A stretch of DNA of 64,000 nucleotides from Pseudovirgaria hyperparasitica (lineage: Eukaryota): NCBI GenBank assembly GCA_010093815.1, contig ML996579.1; one strand, 5' to 3'. Of the stretch, positions 37,753 through 50,175 are shown one piece after another (the first letter of the stretch is position 1; each line of letters begins with the position of its first letter). The translations under genes and the position numbers were made by a program. Below the pieces are notes generated by a model. That model searched no databases, had not been told where the DNA came from, and saw only the letters and a list, made by a program, of their open reading frames with translations.

Positions 37753-38639
37753 GTGGGATATACTGTATGGTTACTTTATGGGACTGGAGTACTGTGTCGT
37801 AAAGCGCGTTTTTACTCTAAATTGATTGTGTTATCGTATGCTATTTAGACCAAAGTGTTCAAGCTAAGCAAAGAGTCTATTCTTTTGATAATTAGTGAAG
37901 TTTTAACGTTCAAGCCCCATAACGAGCTAGAATTATGTTCCCTCCTCAAGAGCAAAGAGATAATACCATGATCTAAAACAGCCATGAGACACATGCATCT
38001 TTTGACCACAAGCCCCACTGATCCCTCTCGATTACCAAATTTCATCTGCGGTAGGGCCTAGCGAATAGGAAGAAGGTTTTATGAAGTTCGCGTCTCATTC
38101 TTTTAGTGCGCGTTCCACCTTCTTCCCTTCCAGTTGCCCGCAGCTGTGAAAGTGCTTCTTGATTTATCACATATCACTGCTTGAGAAGCGGTTCAAAATG
38201 CTCTCAGTCTCTTCATAGACTAGGGACTCATCAGCGTCTCAAAATTGCTCGTTGGGCTGTATGATGGTGGTCCCACGCACGCTTTGCCTGAAATCAGGTA
38301 AAGCATCGTCCTAAGGAGACAGATACCGCTCTCTATATCCTAGCTGTGAAGAGGTTACTTTATCTTCTTGGGCCGCCCCCGTCCCGCCCCCCACGGCAAA
38401 GTGTTTCTGTTGCTTCGACTTGATTGATCTCGTTTGTGCCTTTGTGCTCCAAGGGCTGTATCTCCTCTACCATTGACTATAGAAGCTCCGAGTGGTGCAT
38501 GATGTCGAGGTTCGAACGTTTTCTCAGAGTAGCAGCTTCTCTGCGTCCACATGAAGATAGGATTCGATAGAACGGTCATACCCATTATCAGTATTTTTTA
38601 TGGTGAAGACAAGGAAACTGTCATGACTTACTCTGTAAC

Positions 38640-38860
38640 CCTTAGATGTGCTAAACTAAAGTTATAATTTCTGTCTGTATACTCATTATTCAGCTTGTAA
38701 GAGGAACATTAGTTTTACATTGTAGATTTAGCTTTATTTAGTAAGAGTACTACCTAAGGTAGGTATTCTAGTAACTCTGTAATACTACATTCTGTCTCAT
38801 ACTAGAGGGTACTAGCATACTATACTCTAATGGCTTTTAGCATTGCAAGGTAATTCTTGA
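38640..38860. repeat. AT/TpA-rich, RIP-like degenerate sequence
   Basis: Dense TA, CTA and TAG content (e.g. tactacctaaggtaggtattctagtaac), few CpA/TpG. Confidence 0.5.
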
Positions 38861-38934
38861 TAACCCGAGCAGTGAGCCCACAGAAGGTCCAGTCCCTTGA
38901 ATACCCATCCTACATCTTGGCATTTAGATCAGTC

Positions 38935-39816
38935 TCAGGACCTGAACTGCTCGCAATCGAGATAGTTCATCTCGATAAACGCAAAATCCGCCTTCAGTCC
39001 ATATACCTCCTCCCACTTGCTGCTCTCTGGAAGCGCGGGCTTTCCAATCTCAACATACGCTTTAATTGGTACGGGCGCATACTCTCCTGTTGTAACAGCA
39101 GAATCAAAGATGGTAGTGAAGTTATCGCAAAGCTTGCCGTTTGTGATGATTTGATTCGACGTGTTGCGGTATAACTCTATGCTATATGGCTGGCTCTTTA
39201 CAGGCGAAAAGCGAGTCTTGAACAGCGGACTGTCGTGCGGGTGGAGGATAGAATAAGCGTCGAAGAGTAGCTCTCCAGGGGATGAAGCGTCGGAGCGATA
39301 CGCATCACATGGCGGATCGAAGCTCGCAACAATCGGACTCGGCGGCGTGTAATACGGTTGGGCGCCCGCAATGGCAAGAATGTTTTCACTGATTACTAGA
39401 CTCTGCGCATACCGGAAAATCGTCTGGCTATCGCCGAAGATGTCAACGAACGGCAGATTGACCTCAACCCGCGAAAAATCCGGGATCAAATTCAGGCCGG
39501 AGGCTCGGATGTCGTGGTCGTAGACTCCTTGGACGAGGAGAGGGAATTAATCGCGTGGAAAGTCTGGTTGCAGGCTGTAGAGTTGATCGAGAAGGATGCG
39601 GGCGCCAGCGGGGACAAGGGATTGTGCGTAGGATAGGGAAATGGGGATTATGAGAGTTGTGCCATTTGCGGTGCCCGTGGCAAGGTTGGGGTACTGTAAA
39701 GCAATAGGATTCGGTTGCGACTGAGTGGTGCAGCCAATTGGGCCGACAAGAGCAGAGGCGGAGAGGGCCAGGAGAGTAGTGCAGGCGAGATAAGGGGTTG
39801 TGTCAAGGGTTTTCAT
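38935..39816 (-). pseudogene. Secreted hypothetical protein interrupted by a single in-frame TAA (39547-39549)
   Basis: ORFs 39547-39816 and 38935-39489 share a frame and read QPDFPRD*FPLLVQGVYDHDIRASG..PDFSRVEVNLPFVD; signal peptide at the N-terminus. Confidence 0.7.
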
Positions 39817-40310
39817 CGTTGGATATGGATTTTTGCATGTATTGGACCAAGTTGGTGTTGATTTCAGACCTGTTTCTCATGCCCTGCTTCCAGATATACA
39901 GGTTCGAAAAAGCTTAATCTGCACCCCCAGATTTGGCCCCAGGATGACGATCTATACTTTCCGTATTGGTACAAGTGGGACTCACCTAGGACAACTAAGT
40001 GGACACTTTCGGAGGGGACCGAGCTCATTTAGATCGGATAGCACATTTTCCGTGTTGCACCACCACCGCAGTAGAGACGTAGCCGATGAAAACGCCAACA
40101 GACGAAGCTGTAACAATTGCAAGTCAAAGTGAATTTTATTTTACCAGGTCATCTAATGTGTCCTCCACCAGTTCGAGCCGACGCATCAGTAGACGTTTAC
40201 TGTTATGCTGATCAGTGTGATGCAAACCGAATACGCCGCGCAATGCTCAACATGGAGTACATTTGGAAGTTGCATACGACAGTTAGCTTATTCAAGAAGA
40301 AGTGATATTT

Positions 40311-42500
40311 CTAGCGCATCATATAGGAAAAATCTGGTAGATCCATAAGGACAGATCGAATGACATTCTGGGACTCTTGCTCGTCTGCTAGCGCAAGTGA
40401 TGCACTGGATGGTGTTCGAGTATGAGCTGCTGGAATTGACTTAGATGGAGTAGGCGAGGATGGCCGTGTCTGGACCGCTGGGACCGCTGCGTCAAATGGA
40501 CGAGAATCATGGATCTGCAGTGTAGCTTCGAGAGATCGTGTTGGGGTGGGATTAAGAACGGTCAAGTCGGCGTCAGCCCAGGTATCATCATTAGCAGTCT
40601 GACATGCAGGATAAAGCAGTAGTGAGGGATTAGATGGTTCGGTGGGAACTCGATCATGTTGAGTTTGCGCAAAAAGCTGTGTCGTTGTATGTTCCGAGCT
40701 TGCACGGCGCTCAGAGGCAAAAGCCGCTCTTGACCCGAATGAATCTACTCCTTGCTCTATGGTCGTACCAGAGGGTTTCATATCACGCCATTCGTCTTCA
40801 TCACTTATTCCAGTTTCGACGCTAGGCTTGCCCATCGTGGTAGCATCTCGCCATGGGTCCGTACCATCCTGCAACGGCCATTGAAGAGAGTCTGGCGACA
40901 CAGGTACCTTTTCGGCAGGCACCATTGGAGAAATTTTCATGTCTTTTTGCGCGACACTGTGCATGAGATCGTCGATGGCTGGGCGGAGCGCTTGGTTCTT
41001 CGGGCCACTGACGCTCTGAGAACCCCTTGTGTGTTTGTAATGAGACATCTGGATAGATAAATCTGTTGACATGGGTCGGATCTTTGATAGTGCTTGAACA
41101 GCGAATGATACCTTTGCCTTTTTCGGGGAATCTTGAGCTAACTCTTTCGTCAAATTGTCTTTCAGGTCTGAATTATCTTCTCTCGACGCCGTGGAACTCC
41201 ATCCAAATTGTGCGAATGAAGACTCAGAAGCTTTACTTTCACTGTTCGACTGCAGATCTTCGGTGGATTGTGAACGCTCAGTGATTGTTGATGATGGTGC
41301 CTGCAACCTCGTCGGCGCAGTACGCTGAGCAGGATGCTGTGGCTGGTCCCAACCGAATGCAGCGCCAGGTCTTCCAAGGCTCGGCTTGCCTGTAGCACGA
41401 TCTTCGACCATCCATCGAATGACCACTTCATTCACATTTTTTCTGACTTGGGAGTCACGCCATGCGACACGGACATAGTTGTTATTGTCTTTCCCGGTGT
41501 CAAATTCTCGCATAGTCTCCTGCCTAGTGAGCCGATACCAAGCCTTTCTGGAGGATGTTGAGGTCAACATATCATCAATTGGCTGTCCCAGGGACTTTGA
41601 CTCAGGGGTTTCGCCTAACAAGTCTTCCACGATCGAAGTGTCAATTACGAAAGATGGGATAGGTGCTGGACTGTTCCTTCGACCGACGGTAGTACTTATT
41701 TCATCTTCGCTTGATGTGCCATCCTCAGTCACAGCCGCCTGCTTTTGATGGATGGCGAACTGATCATTATCATCATGAGTTCCACGTTTGGGTATTTTGG
41801 CAAGCTGGTCAACATCTTCAGTCCCTGGCGAAGGCTCTGCTTTTTCGAGGTGTCTTATATCGTGGTGCTCGTCCTCGACCGAGGTTCGTGGGGATCCTGA
41901 GCTTTCTTTGATGCTACTGGTCTCTGTATGCGACGTTGATGGTCTTGTAGAGTCTTCTCCAGTATATTGGTATGCGTATTCCTCTCCATCGATGAGTCTT
42001 GACGGATGCTGAAATACGGCATTGTTTTGCGGAAGACCTTGACCGTGCTCTCCCATTTCACTTGCGGTTTCGGGAAGTATGTCAATCGTGGAGAGGGGCG
42101 GGCTAGCAATGAATGTAGAAGTAGGTGATGAAGATGAGATGTGAGAGGCCGTGCTATTCGAAGCCTCATCCTCAAGCTCGTCTTCTAGTCGGTCTGCACG
42201 AAGTGTATCTGGGCTTATTTGAGGCGTCTGCGACGTTGCCTGCATTTGGTCCGACGCGCTTCCGACCCCGGAGTCTTCGGCATGGAAGTCGCCATCGACT
42301 TCCAGTTCATCTGCTTTTCCATTCCACGGATCTTCAAAGGCGCCCCAGTCGTTATCATCATCTCCTTCGTTGGCCCAGCCGGGCGCGTCGTTCCATATTG
42401 GCAGAGCTGCAGAGCTTCTAGGAGTAGCGGATGTATTCACATCCAACAGTGGAGGTGTTTGGTTTGCATTGTCGGCCCAAGGGTCGCCCCAATTGTCCAT
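40311..42500 (-). CDS. Conserved, largely disordered hypothetical protein (DPWAD/W-acidic motifs; C-terminal LPDFSYMMR)
   Basis: 729-aa intronless ORF; SRKAWYRLTR and NYVRVAW block. Confidence 0.8.
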   Translation of the reverse strand: MDNWGDPWADNANQTPPLLDVNTSATPRSSAALPIWNDAPGWANEGDDDNDWGAFEDPWNGKADELEVDGDFHAEDSGVGSASDQMQATSQTPQISPDTLRADRLEDELEDEASNSTASHISSSSPTSTFIASPPLSTIDILPETASEMGEHGQGLPQNNAVFQHPSRLIDGEEYAYQYTGEDSTRPSTSHTETSSIKESSGSPRTSVEDEHHDIRHLEKAEPSPGTEDVDQLAKIPKRGTHDDNDQFAIHQKQAAVTEDGTSSEDEISTTVGRRNSPAPIPSFVIDTSIVEDLLGETPESKSLGQPIDDMLTSTSSRKAWYRLTRQETMREFDTGKDNNNYVRVAWRDSQVRKNVNEVVIRWMVEDRATGKPSLGRPGAAFGWDQPQHPAQRTAPTRLQAPSSTITERSQSTEDLQSNSESKASESSFAQFGWSSTASREDNSDLKDNLTKELAQDSPKKAKVSFAVQALSKIRPMSTDLSIQMSHYKHTRGSQSVSGPKNQALRPAIDDLMHSVAQKDMKISPMVPAEKVPVSPDSLQWPLQDGTDPWRDATTMGKPSVETGISDEDEWRDMKPSGTTIEQGVDSFGSRAAFASERRASSEHTTTQLFAQTQHDRVPTEPSNPSLLLYPACQTANDDTWADADLTVLNPTPTRSLEATLQIHDSRPFDAAVPAVQTRPSSPTPSKSIPAAHTRTPSSASLALADEQESQNVIRSVLMDLPDFSYMMR

Positions 42501-42843
42501 ACTCGCGTCATAGTGTGAGGGAGGCGCTCAACATAGTCAAAATATGTCCCCTGGCAGGCAGAGAAGCCTGCATTCAGGAAAGACGGAGGAATCTCGTTTC
42601 CGTTCTCAACCCCAGGCGCTCGGATCACCGGAATATCCGCGCGTCACGTCTAGCTGCCGATGCGTCCGCCGACGTCAGACTGTCAACATCTCCGCCATCC
42701 GTTCATCCAAAGCTAACGGCTAATGTTGACCGAGGATTACCATGATGCAGCCAGCAGAGCATCATACTCTCGTTCTGATACGTAAGAATCACCAGCAGTC
42801 TGATAGTTGTGATTGAATGAGTTGTGGTCAACAATTGCCCACC

Positions 42844-44557
42844 ATGCCCCAGCACTCCCCATTCAAGATCGAGATCCCCGCAAAAGACATCCTAAGTTAT
42901 CTATTCCCAGAGAACAAAGAATCTTCAGACCAGCCAATATGGATAGATGCTGCTGAGCCAGATAGAAGTCTGTCTCCCAAGCAGCTATTGCAATGGTCCA
43001 AGCGACTTGGAGTGGGCCTACAGAAGCTGGGAATGCACGAGGGTGATGTTGTTATGACCTTCGCAACCAACCATATATTTGTCCCTGTAGCGTATCTGGG
43101 TGTATCTGCTAGTGGGTGTATATTTTCAGGATGTAATCCAGCTTATAGTGTCTCGGGTACGTTCGGGCCAAGTGTTGTATGGCATCAACTAATGGTGTCC
43201 AGAGATCGTGTATCAAGTCGAGAATACAGGCGCGAAGGTCATTCTCGTGGATCCGGCCTTACTTGGTTCCGCTCTACCAGCAATTGATAAAGCTAGATTT
43301 CCACGAGACAAAGTCTTCCTGTTCAATGACGTCGAATGTCAAACTACTCAGGGTATTCGGGATTGGAGATCCATGATTGGATCTCCCGACGAAGCAAAGC
43401 ACTGGACCTGGAGAGCCATCAATGGCGACGCATGCGCAACAACAACTGCAGTCATTAACTACTCTTCGGGTACTACTGGTCTCCCTAAAGGTGTGATGAT
43501 TTCCCATCAAAATGTTATCGCAAATATCGAGCAATCAATATACATGCGAGACCTCGAACAAGATTATACGCCCAAGACCAAACCCACAGAGCGCTGGCTA
43601 GGCTTCCTCCCGCTATATCATGCTTATGGCCAGCTATGGTCCATTGGCGCCGCCTGTAAATTGCTCACGCCTTGTTTCTTCATGCGGACTTTCTCCTTCT
43701 CTTCATTTCTATGCCACATCCAGACTCACCGTATAACGCACATCCAGACCGCGCCCCCTGTCCTTGTCATGCTCGCAAAACGCCCCGAAACCGTATCCTA
43801 CGACATATCCTCCCTCGTGAACATCCTCTGTGGCGCAGCCCCGCTCTCTGCCGAACTCCAGAACGAAGTCTCAACGAAATGTAACGTTCAAGTCGTGCAG
43901 ACGTGGGGTATGACAGAGCTCACATGCTCCATGCTCCACGTGCCTGGCGGTCTAGACGACCGCAGCGGCAGTGTCGGCCACATCGACCCGAACGCGTCCG
44001 TGAAGTTGATTTCTGATGATGGTCGCGAAGTCGGCGTGGGTGAGCGTGGCGAAGTACTTGTCAAAGGCCCGAACGTGTGTCTGGGCTACTGGCGCAATGC
44101 GCAAGCAACACGAGAACTATTTGATGATGATGGCTACATGCGCACTGGCGATGTTGCCGTACGCAATGAACGCGGCTGGTACTGGATCGTCGACCGCAAG
44201 AAAGAACTTATCAAGGTCAAGGGCTTTCAAGTTGCTCCTGCAGAGCTCGAGGCTCTACTGCTTGAACACCCTGATGTCGCAGACGCTGCTGTGTGCGCGT
44301 TGCAACTTGATCACGAGGAGCTGCCGCGTGGGTATCTTGTTTTACAAGAGAATGTGAAGGGCAGGATGACAGAGGAGGACATACATACATGGCTCAATCA
44401 GAGGGTTGCAAAGCACAAGCGCCTCTTGGGTGGAATCCAGTTTATTAATGAAGTGCCAAAGAGTCCGAGTGGGAAGATACAACGGAAGGTGTTGAAGGAA
44501 TGGGCCGCGAAGGATGCGCATGATTTCGTGAGGACGAGAGCAAGGGCAAAGCTTTGA
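42844..44557 (+). CDS. 4-coumarate-CoA-ligase-like acyl-CoA synthetase, peroxisomal (AKL); exons 42844-43156, 43203-44557
   Basis: YSSGTTGLPKGV, LPLYHAYG, WGMTE, RTGD, DRKKELIKVKGFQVAPAELE and PKSPSGKI motifs. Confidence 0.93.
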
Positions 44558-44871
44558 GTCCGCACTGCATATAGAACAAAAGCTGTAATTACCGAAGTAA
44601 AACAGTGAGATAAAAGTTTCGCCTCGATACAATCGGCTACGATTGCTTTTGATCTTGAGGAGTTTGTGCATAGAAACTCCAATCTTCAGGGCGAACATAC
44701 GTATGATCGTTAATAGCGTTAGTCGACTGTGAGTATTAAATCACTGAGGGCGCTGGCCGCGATCTTAGACGTGAATACAATAAGTGAAATCTCTATCCCA
44801 CGAGCGTCCGCATACACGCGCAACATGTTCCGTTGCAACATGATATACTATTCTTGAGCCTAATATCTCCC

Positions 44872-46377
44872 CTAATACCAGCCGTCCCCTTCTTCGCCCT
44901 TCTTCACATTCTTTGGATTCAGACTCAATAACCTCATCGCCGGCACCTGGCCGCTAACCTTACTCTCAAAAACGCCACCGACAGCCCTGCGGCCATAATG
45001 CGAGAAACTATCAAAGCGCTCCTGGCTCTCTAGCCCATTTATGGCAACCCACTCCGGACTCGTATACGGACTACGCCCATCGCCTAGATCACTCCAGCGC
45101 GTGACGACAATCGCATGCTTGAATTTCTGCACGGGATCACTCGGATCCTCGACCATATTGATCTCGACCAGGTACTCGGTGGGACACTCAGGACATCTCC
45201 GTGCAGGGCGACAGGTATCACAGCCACGCACGATCAAGCCCGGATTAGCGCGCTCGCGCGAGAACGTGGGCGCCTTCTGTAGCTGCTGGTAGATGCTCTC
45301 AGGCGGAGCGGGGACATGCGACATCATACATTTACACGTGGGCATGAGCAGGCCGTCGCGCCAGTGGGCGCACACGCTGAAGAAGGGCATGTACTCCTCG
45401 CGGTCGTACAGGATGTGCCGCATGCTGGTCTCGGTCATGTCGCGCGCCGGGAGTGTGAATGCGCGGCTGATGACGCGCATCAGGAGGCGGCCGTCGTGGA
45501 TTAGGAAGCGCGTGCGGTGCGTCCAGCCGGCATGACGCCAGCGCTTTGAGAGTGCGTCGATGGAGATGCCGTAGGATGGTGTGTGTTTTGCGGCGCGAAG
45601 GACAAGTTGGATGTATGCGTAGGGCAGCTCGCGGGCGTGCGTGAGCCGCATGCGAGGCAGGACAGAGGAGTTTATGTTCGGGCAGGCGAAGATAGGGTTG
45701 TTGACGTATTCGATTTTGAGCGTTTCCTTGCCTGGGTGCAGGCGTTTGTGGTACTTGCTGCAGGGGAAGCAAAGCAGATGGCCCGGGTATTGCTCATCGA
45801 GGGCGTGTAGGAAGGCATGTTTGAAGTGACGGTGTTCTATGGAGTTGAACATTTCGAAAGGCATCAGGCCAAGTTTTGTGTAGAGGGTTTTGTTGGATAT
45901 GGCGAGATTGACAGCGTCGATGGGGTTGAGGAAAAGTGCAATACGCTTCCAAACCTCTGGTGGGAGAGACGCAATGCGTTTTTCGTGCTCTGGGGATACG
46001 AGCATACCTTGACGCTTCCGCCGTCGAGCGTTTGGCGAGAAGTGGTCCTTGGGAGGGGGTTCATCATCATCGTCATGAAGAAAGTCGCGATGTGCGAGCC
46101 CATGCATTACATCACCAGAGTCTTTAATTTGAGGGCGAGAATACTCATTTGATGGGTTATCGTTGAATATCGCATATTCGTGTCGTTCTCCGAGATCATT
46201 TGCTTGACTCGACACTGGCGCCGGCAGGTTCTTCTTGCGCAGTTTGCCGCTTTGAGATTGGCCTCCGGGATCTTTCGCAGAGTGTTTATCTGACTTGAAA
46301 ATCCTGCGTAGACTGAAAGATGACTTTTTGGACTGCAAGATGGACTGTTCCGACATGTTAGAATGCATGGTGAGCAT
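44872..46377 (-). CDS. F-box-like domain protein
   Basis: ASLPPEVWKRIALFL F-box-like motif; LLCFPC..YH, VCAH and RRCPECPTEY..RWSDLG motifs typical of this fungal family. Confidence 0.75.
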   Translation of the reverse strand: MLTMHSNMSEQSILQSKKSSFSLRRIFKSDKHSAKDPGGQSQSGKLRKKNLPAPVSSQANDLGERHEYAIFNDNPSNEYSRPQIKDSGDVMHGLAHRDFLHDDDDEPPPKDHFSPNARRRKRQGMLVSPEHEKRIASLPPEVWKRIALFLNPIDAVNLAISNKTLYTKLGLMPFEMFNSIEHRHFKHAFLHALDEQYPGHLLCFPCSKYHKRLHPGKETLKIEYVNNPIFACPNINSSVLPRMRLTHARELPYAYIQLVLRAAKHTPSYGISIDALSKRWRHAGWTHRTRFLIHDGRLLMRVISRAFTLPARDMTETSMRHILYDREEYMPFFSVCAHWRDGLLMPTCKCMMSHVPAPPESIYQQLQKAPTFSRERANPGLIVRGCDTCRPARRCPECPTEYLVEINMVEDPSDPVQKFKHAIVVTRWSDLGDGRSPYTSPEWVAINGLESQERFDSFSHYGRRAVGGVFESKVSGQVPAMRLLSLNPKNVKKGEEGDGWY

Positions 46378-46878
46378 GGTGGATACGATATGTGATAATG
46401 TAGGTCGACCCGAAGATCAAGTCTTCGCCCTCCAAATTGAATGAAGTTGGACAACCATTGAGTCGGATTTGTATCGAATACTCAATGCGCCGTGGTCTCT
46501 TATAGATTGACTGGAGTTTGAATTTGGTGGCCAGATCGCTTCAAAGGAAGCCCCAATGCGCGATGTGTGTCATGCCGAGCGCATCCGGTGCTATTGAGCC
46601 TCAGGCAGCAAGTACTTGGCCTTGACTTCTGTATGGACAATCCTGCTAAAGACGCTGTTTAACAAATCTATGGATTGATTTAAGCGCATAAATAGATAGA
46701 ATAACTGAGTATGACATATCAAAAGGTATGAGGACCCCTGTCCTAGCTCATGTAAACTCAAGCTATAAACTTATCATTGCTACATGTACAGTGAGATCCA
46801 GTATCCTCATATGACGTTCACAGGGTCGTGGTCCTCTCAGAACCTGACATATTTACTCAATCTCCCTTGAAACTACAG

Positions 46879-48210
46879 TCAAATGTTGTCATAGATCGCT
46901 TTCTCGCACCCAAACCATGTGCCCAAAACACTCATATCCCCAAATGGCATGATCTGACTCGCAATCATGCCTGCCACACCTTTCTCCCTGTCCACCCAGT
47001 AGAACAAATTACTAATTCCGGCCCACCATCCTGTATTTCTTCCCCTACCGGTAACACCTGGTTCAATCGTCATGAAGAAACTCAAACCCCATCCTTGCGG
47101 CGGATTTCCGTCCTGAGGATACATGTCTGGGATCGGGTTCGTCATGTCGGGTTTAGCGCCAGGCAGACCGTCGTGGCCAAAGTTAGGGAATTGTGGGATT
47201 TGATTTTTAAACATCTCATCCACAGTTTTGGATGACAGGATAGGGTAGCCGGTGCTCGGGGATGTGCCATCGTTGAGGAGGGCGGCTAGGACCTCTGCTG
47301 CTAGTCAATCTTTGCAGGGCGACGGACGACACAAAGTACGCACGGATATATTCTGTGGGTTTGGAGAAACAGCCCGCGCCACCGCTGTTGAAGATACGAT
47401 CCTGCTCCTCTGGAGTGGTTGAAAAGAGGGAACGGCGGAGGAGGTGGTCGCGCTCGACGAGTTTCCCGTCAGGGTATTTCTGGTGCATAGCGGCGAGCTG
47501 GGCTTTCATTTCAGTTGAAGGAAACATAGTGGTGTTCGTGAGGCCGAGTGGCTTGCAGATACCATCTTGCATGAGCTCATTCAATTTCTTACCACCAGCA
47601 CGTTCGGCGGCGAGGCCTGCCCAATCGATGTTAATCTATAGGACTGTTAGACAAGGGTAATAAAGGGAAGTTTGCTACTTACGCCGTACTCCCACTTCGT
47701 ACCAGGCTCGTTGACGAGTGGCATCTGCAGGATCTCCCATGCGTCGCCATGGAAGACATCGTAACCAGCTGGGCGGGCGTAGTCTCGAAGTTTCTCGTTG
47801 AAGAACTCGTAGCCAAAGCCGGCAGTGTGTGTGAGGAGCATGCGAAGCGTGATATCGTGCTGCTTCGGTCTAAGCGTGAGGTCATCTTGAAGAACCTGTA
47901 CTTTCTCCAGCTCTGGACAAAGCTTATACAAGCTCTTGTGGTCATCCAAGCTCAGCTTTCCTTGCTCTACAAGCTGCAGACAGACGATAGTAGTCAGTAA
48001 CTTCGTACAGCTGAAAATACAAAATATTGTGTCAACATCCATGGCTTTATTCGTGTTGACGCCTCTCTTCCCAGAAGCATTAGTCTGAATGATCTCGCCC
48101 TTCTTGTTGATGGAGGCAAACACTAGTCCAGAAACCCCTTTCTTTGGATCCGATGTGCATGCATCAAGTGCCTGCTGTACGGCGGTCGAGGCTTTTGGAT
48201 AGGAAGACAT
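46879..48210 (-). CDS. Beta-lactamase-fold serine hydrolase/transesterase (LovD-like); exons 48210-47683, 47635-47344, 47294-46879
   Basis: SCTK (SxxK), LLTHTAGFGY, EPGTKWEYG|INIDWAG, SGGAGCF and WWAGISNLFYW motifs. Confidence 0.9.
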
Positions 48211-49247
48211 TGTAACGCAGGTGGGTACGGAGATGTGGAACTTTGACAATGTGTTCGTCGTCTGGAAACTGGAAAGCGATGACTCCTTTCAACGGACACA
48301 AGGAGAGCTAGGTATACTTGTAGCCGTGGTCAGAATGAGGGGTCTCCCATTGCACCCACACGCGGGGCTGGACCTATCTATAGGAGACCCCTCATGTTGT
48401 GCACAATAGCCTCTCACCCCATATAGCATCAGCCAGGTAACCGCCATGAGACATTTTCTAGTCATGCCCATGCATAGTGCCTGTATCGACCACAATACTG
48501 CCTAAGGAGTAATCTCGCCTAGACGGCGATGAAGAGCTTTGATTCGAATGTGCGGCCTTGCGGAGAACAAGATCAGCATCATGGTATTCAGTCGATCGTT
48601 CGATTAAGTAGCCGGGCGAAAGGGGGTTCAGACCTGTGGCGAACGGAGGCCGGTCATGCTAAAGAGACTATCCACCAGTCATTCTGTGCGACACAGATTT
48701 GAGAGCAATAGACGTGAAGGCCGAGGCGAATGCGGAGTGCGGAGAAGCATTCACTGATCGGCCCGTGCATTCATGCGGGCTAAGCAAATTAGTCGTTTGC
48801 CTAGAACCTAACTTTCTTAGCACTCGTGCCCGCGTGTTCTTGTCTCTATTTTCCTATCAAGTTCTTGATTATCGCGATAAATCGATAAGTCTTTCAATTT
48901 GCTATCTATATGCATGGGGAGAAGTATATGCAATCTTTGCTATCATAATCCGACAGAAGATGTCAAGCTACATGACCCTGGCTCATGAATGTAGCCGTGA
49001 AGAGGAGGTGATCTGATCATGTCTCATTGCTTTCCTTACATACAAGACACATGTAGACTGAGTATGCCTCACATGTATATATAGGTATAAGTAGTTGCGA
49101 ATGGCGTTCAGACCCTGCCAAGACATTTTGCGGATCCAACCCTCGATTCGTATGGCCCAGTGCCGTTGCAACGACCCTGGCTACGAAATTTGACTTTTTA
49201 ACCTCACTCTCTCACGTCACTTCGACGCCGAAGGCACACTTCTCATC

Positions 49248-49787
49248 ATGAATACCGTACGCTTTCAGTCCTTTGAATCTTTAGCTGCTGATCATTCTAG
49301 ATCCGATCAGTAGGGTACGTGATCACGGTACCAGCTCGTGTGCCTATCGGAGCTTCCGATACCAAAGCTAACACTTCATGACACTCGCAGCTACGGCTGG
49401 GGCGTCCTTATCCTAGGTCCGTAGACTCCATCCTTTTTTCTTTCCTATCATGACATACGCCTATAAAGCACTCGCTCTTACAACCGCTGATTTATTCTAG
49501 CCGGCGGCGGCGCATACTATTTTGCAAAGAAAGAAATCAACGCAGACCGAGAAGTACGCGCCGAAGCCGACCGCAAGAAACGTGCATTTCAAGATCGCAT
49601 GCGCTCCGAAGAGTATAGAAACCGACTGTCTGCGTCTGAAGATAGCGCAAATGCAAACCTTGAAGTTAGTCAAGATCCAGCGCTCACGAGACATGCACCT
49701 GAAGCGATGAGACAGAAGACAGTAGAGAAGAGCAAGTACGAGCCCAGTGAGCCATGGCAGAGTCCAAAAGGGAATCGTTTTAGTTAG
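49248..49787 (+). CDS. Small single-TM protein, DUF4748-like; exons 49248-49256, 49301-49314, 49391-49416, 49501-49787
   Basis: Spliced product MNTIRSVGYGWGVLILAGGGAYYFAKKEINADR...DPALTRHAP...KSKYEPSEPWQSPKGNRFS; three GT-AG introns restore the frame. Confidence 0.85.
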
Positions 49788-50169
49788 CGGAACCTCCCGT
49801 AAGAGGAAGTGCTCAGTCCCTGTGCTTAGCAAGAGGCTTCTAGCGTTTCTGAGGCTCTACGCAATATGCTATGTACTATCGCGACGTATCTCGGCCTACG
49901 CCCAGAGCGACCTAATAATAGTATGGATACACGATACTCTCGACAAGGGGATCACTATAACAATCTTTAATATCCTTACTCTCATGTAAAATTCCCGCAT
50001 GTCCCAGACAGGTACTCAACCCTTGTACGAGGAATATCCTAGCTATGCGTGCGCACGATCTTGGCGACGCCATACGCTATTAGTGAAAGACCAGGTGTGT
50101 AGGGCCGAGGAGTAAGTGTTTACCATGATGCGAGCGCTACTTGGAAGTCATTCAAATTTTCAAGGCCTC

Positions 50170-50175
50170 TATAAA
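50170..50175 (+). promoter_or_regulatory. Putative TATA box
   Basis: TATAAA about 65 bp upstream of ATG 50239. Confidence 0.35.

Noticed and set aside
53..44557. Three PTS1-bearing proteins (SKL, SKL, AKL) as a peroxisomal cluster
   Set aside because: They are widely separated and functionally unrelated; probably coincidental.
42844..48210. Acyl-CoA ligase + LovD-like hydrolase as a secondary-metabolite cluster
   Set aside because: No PKS, NRPS, terpene synthase, transporter or cluster transcription factor is nearby.
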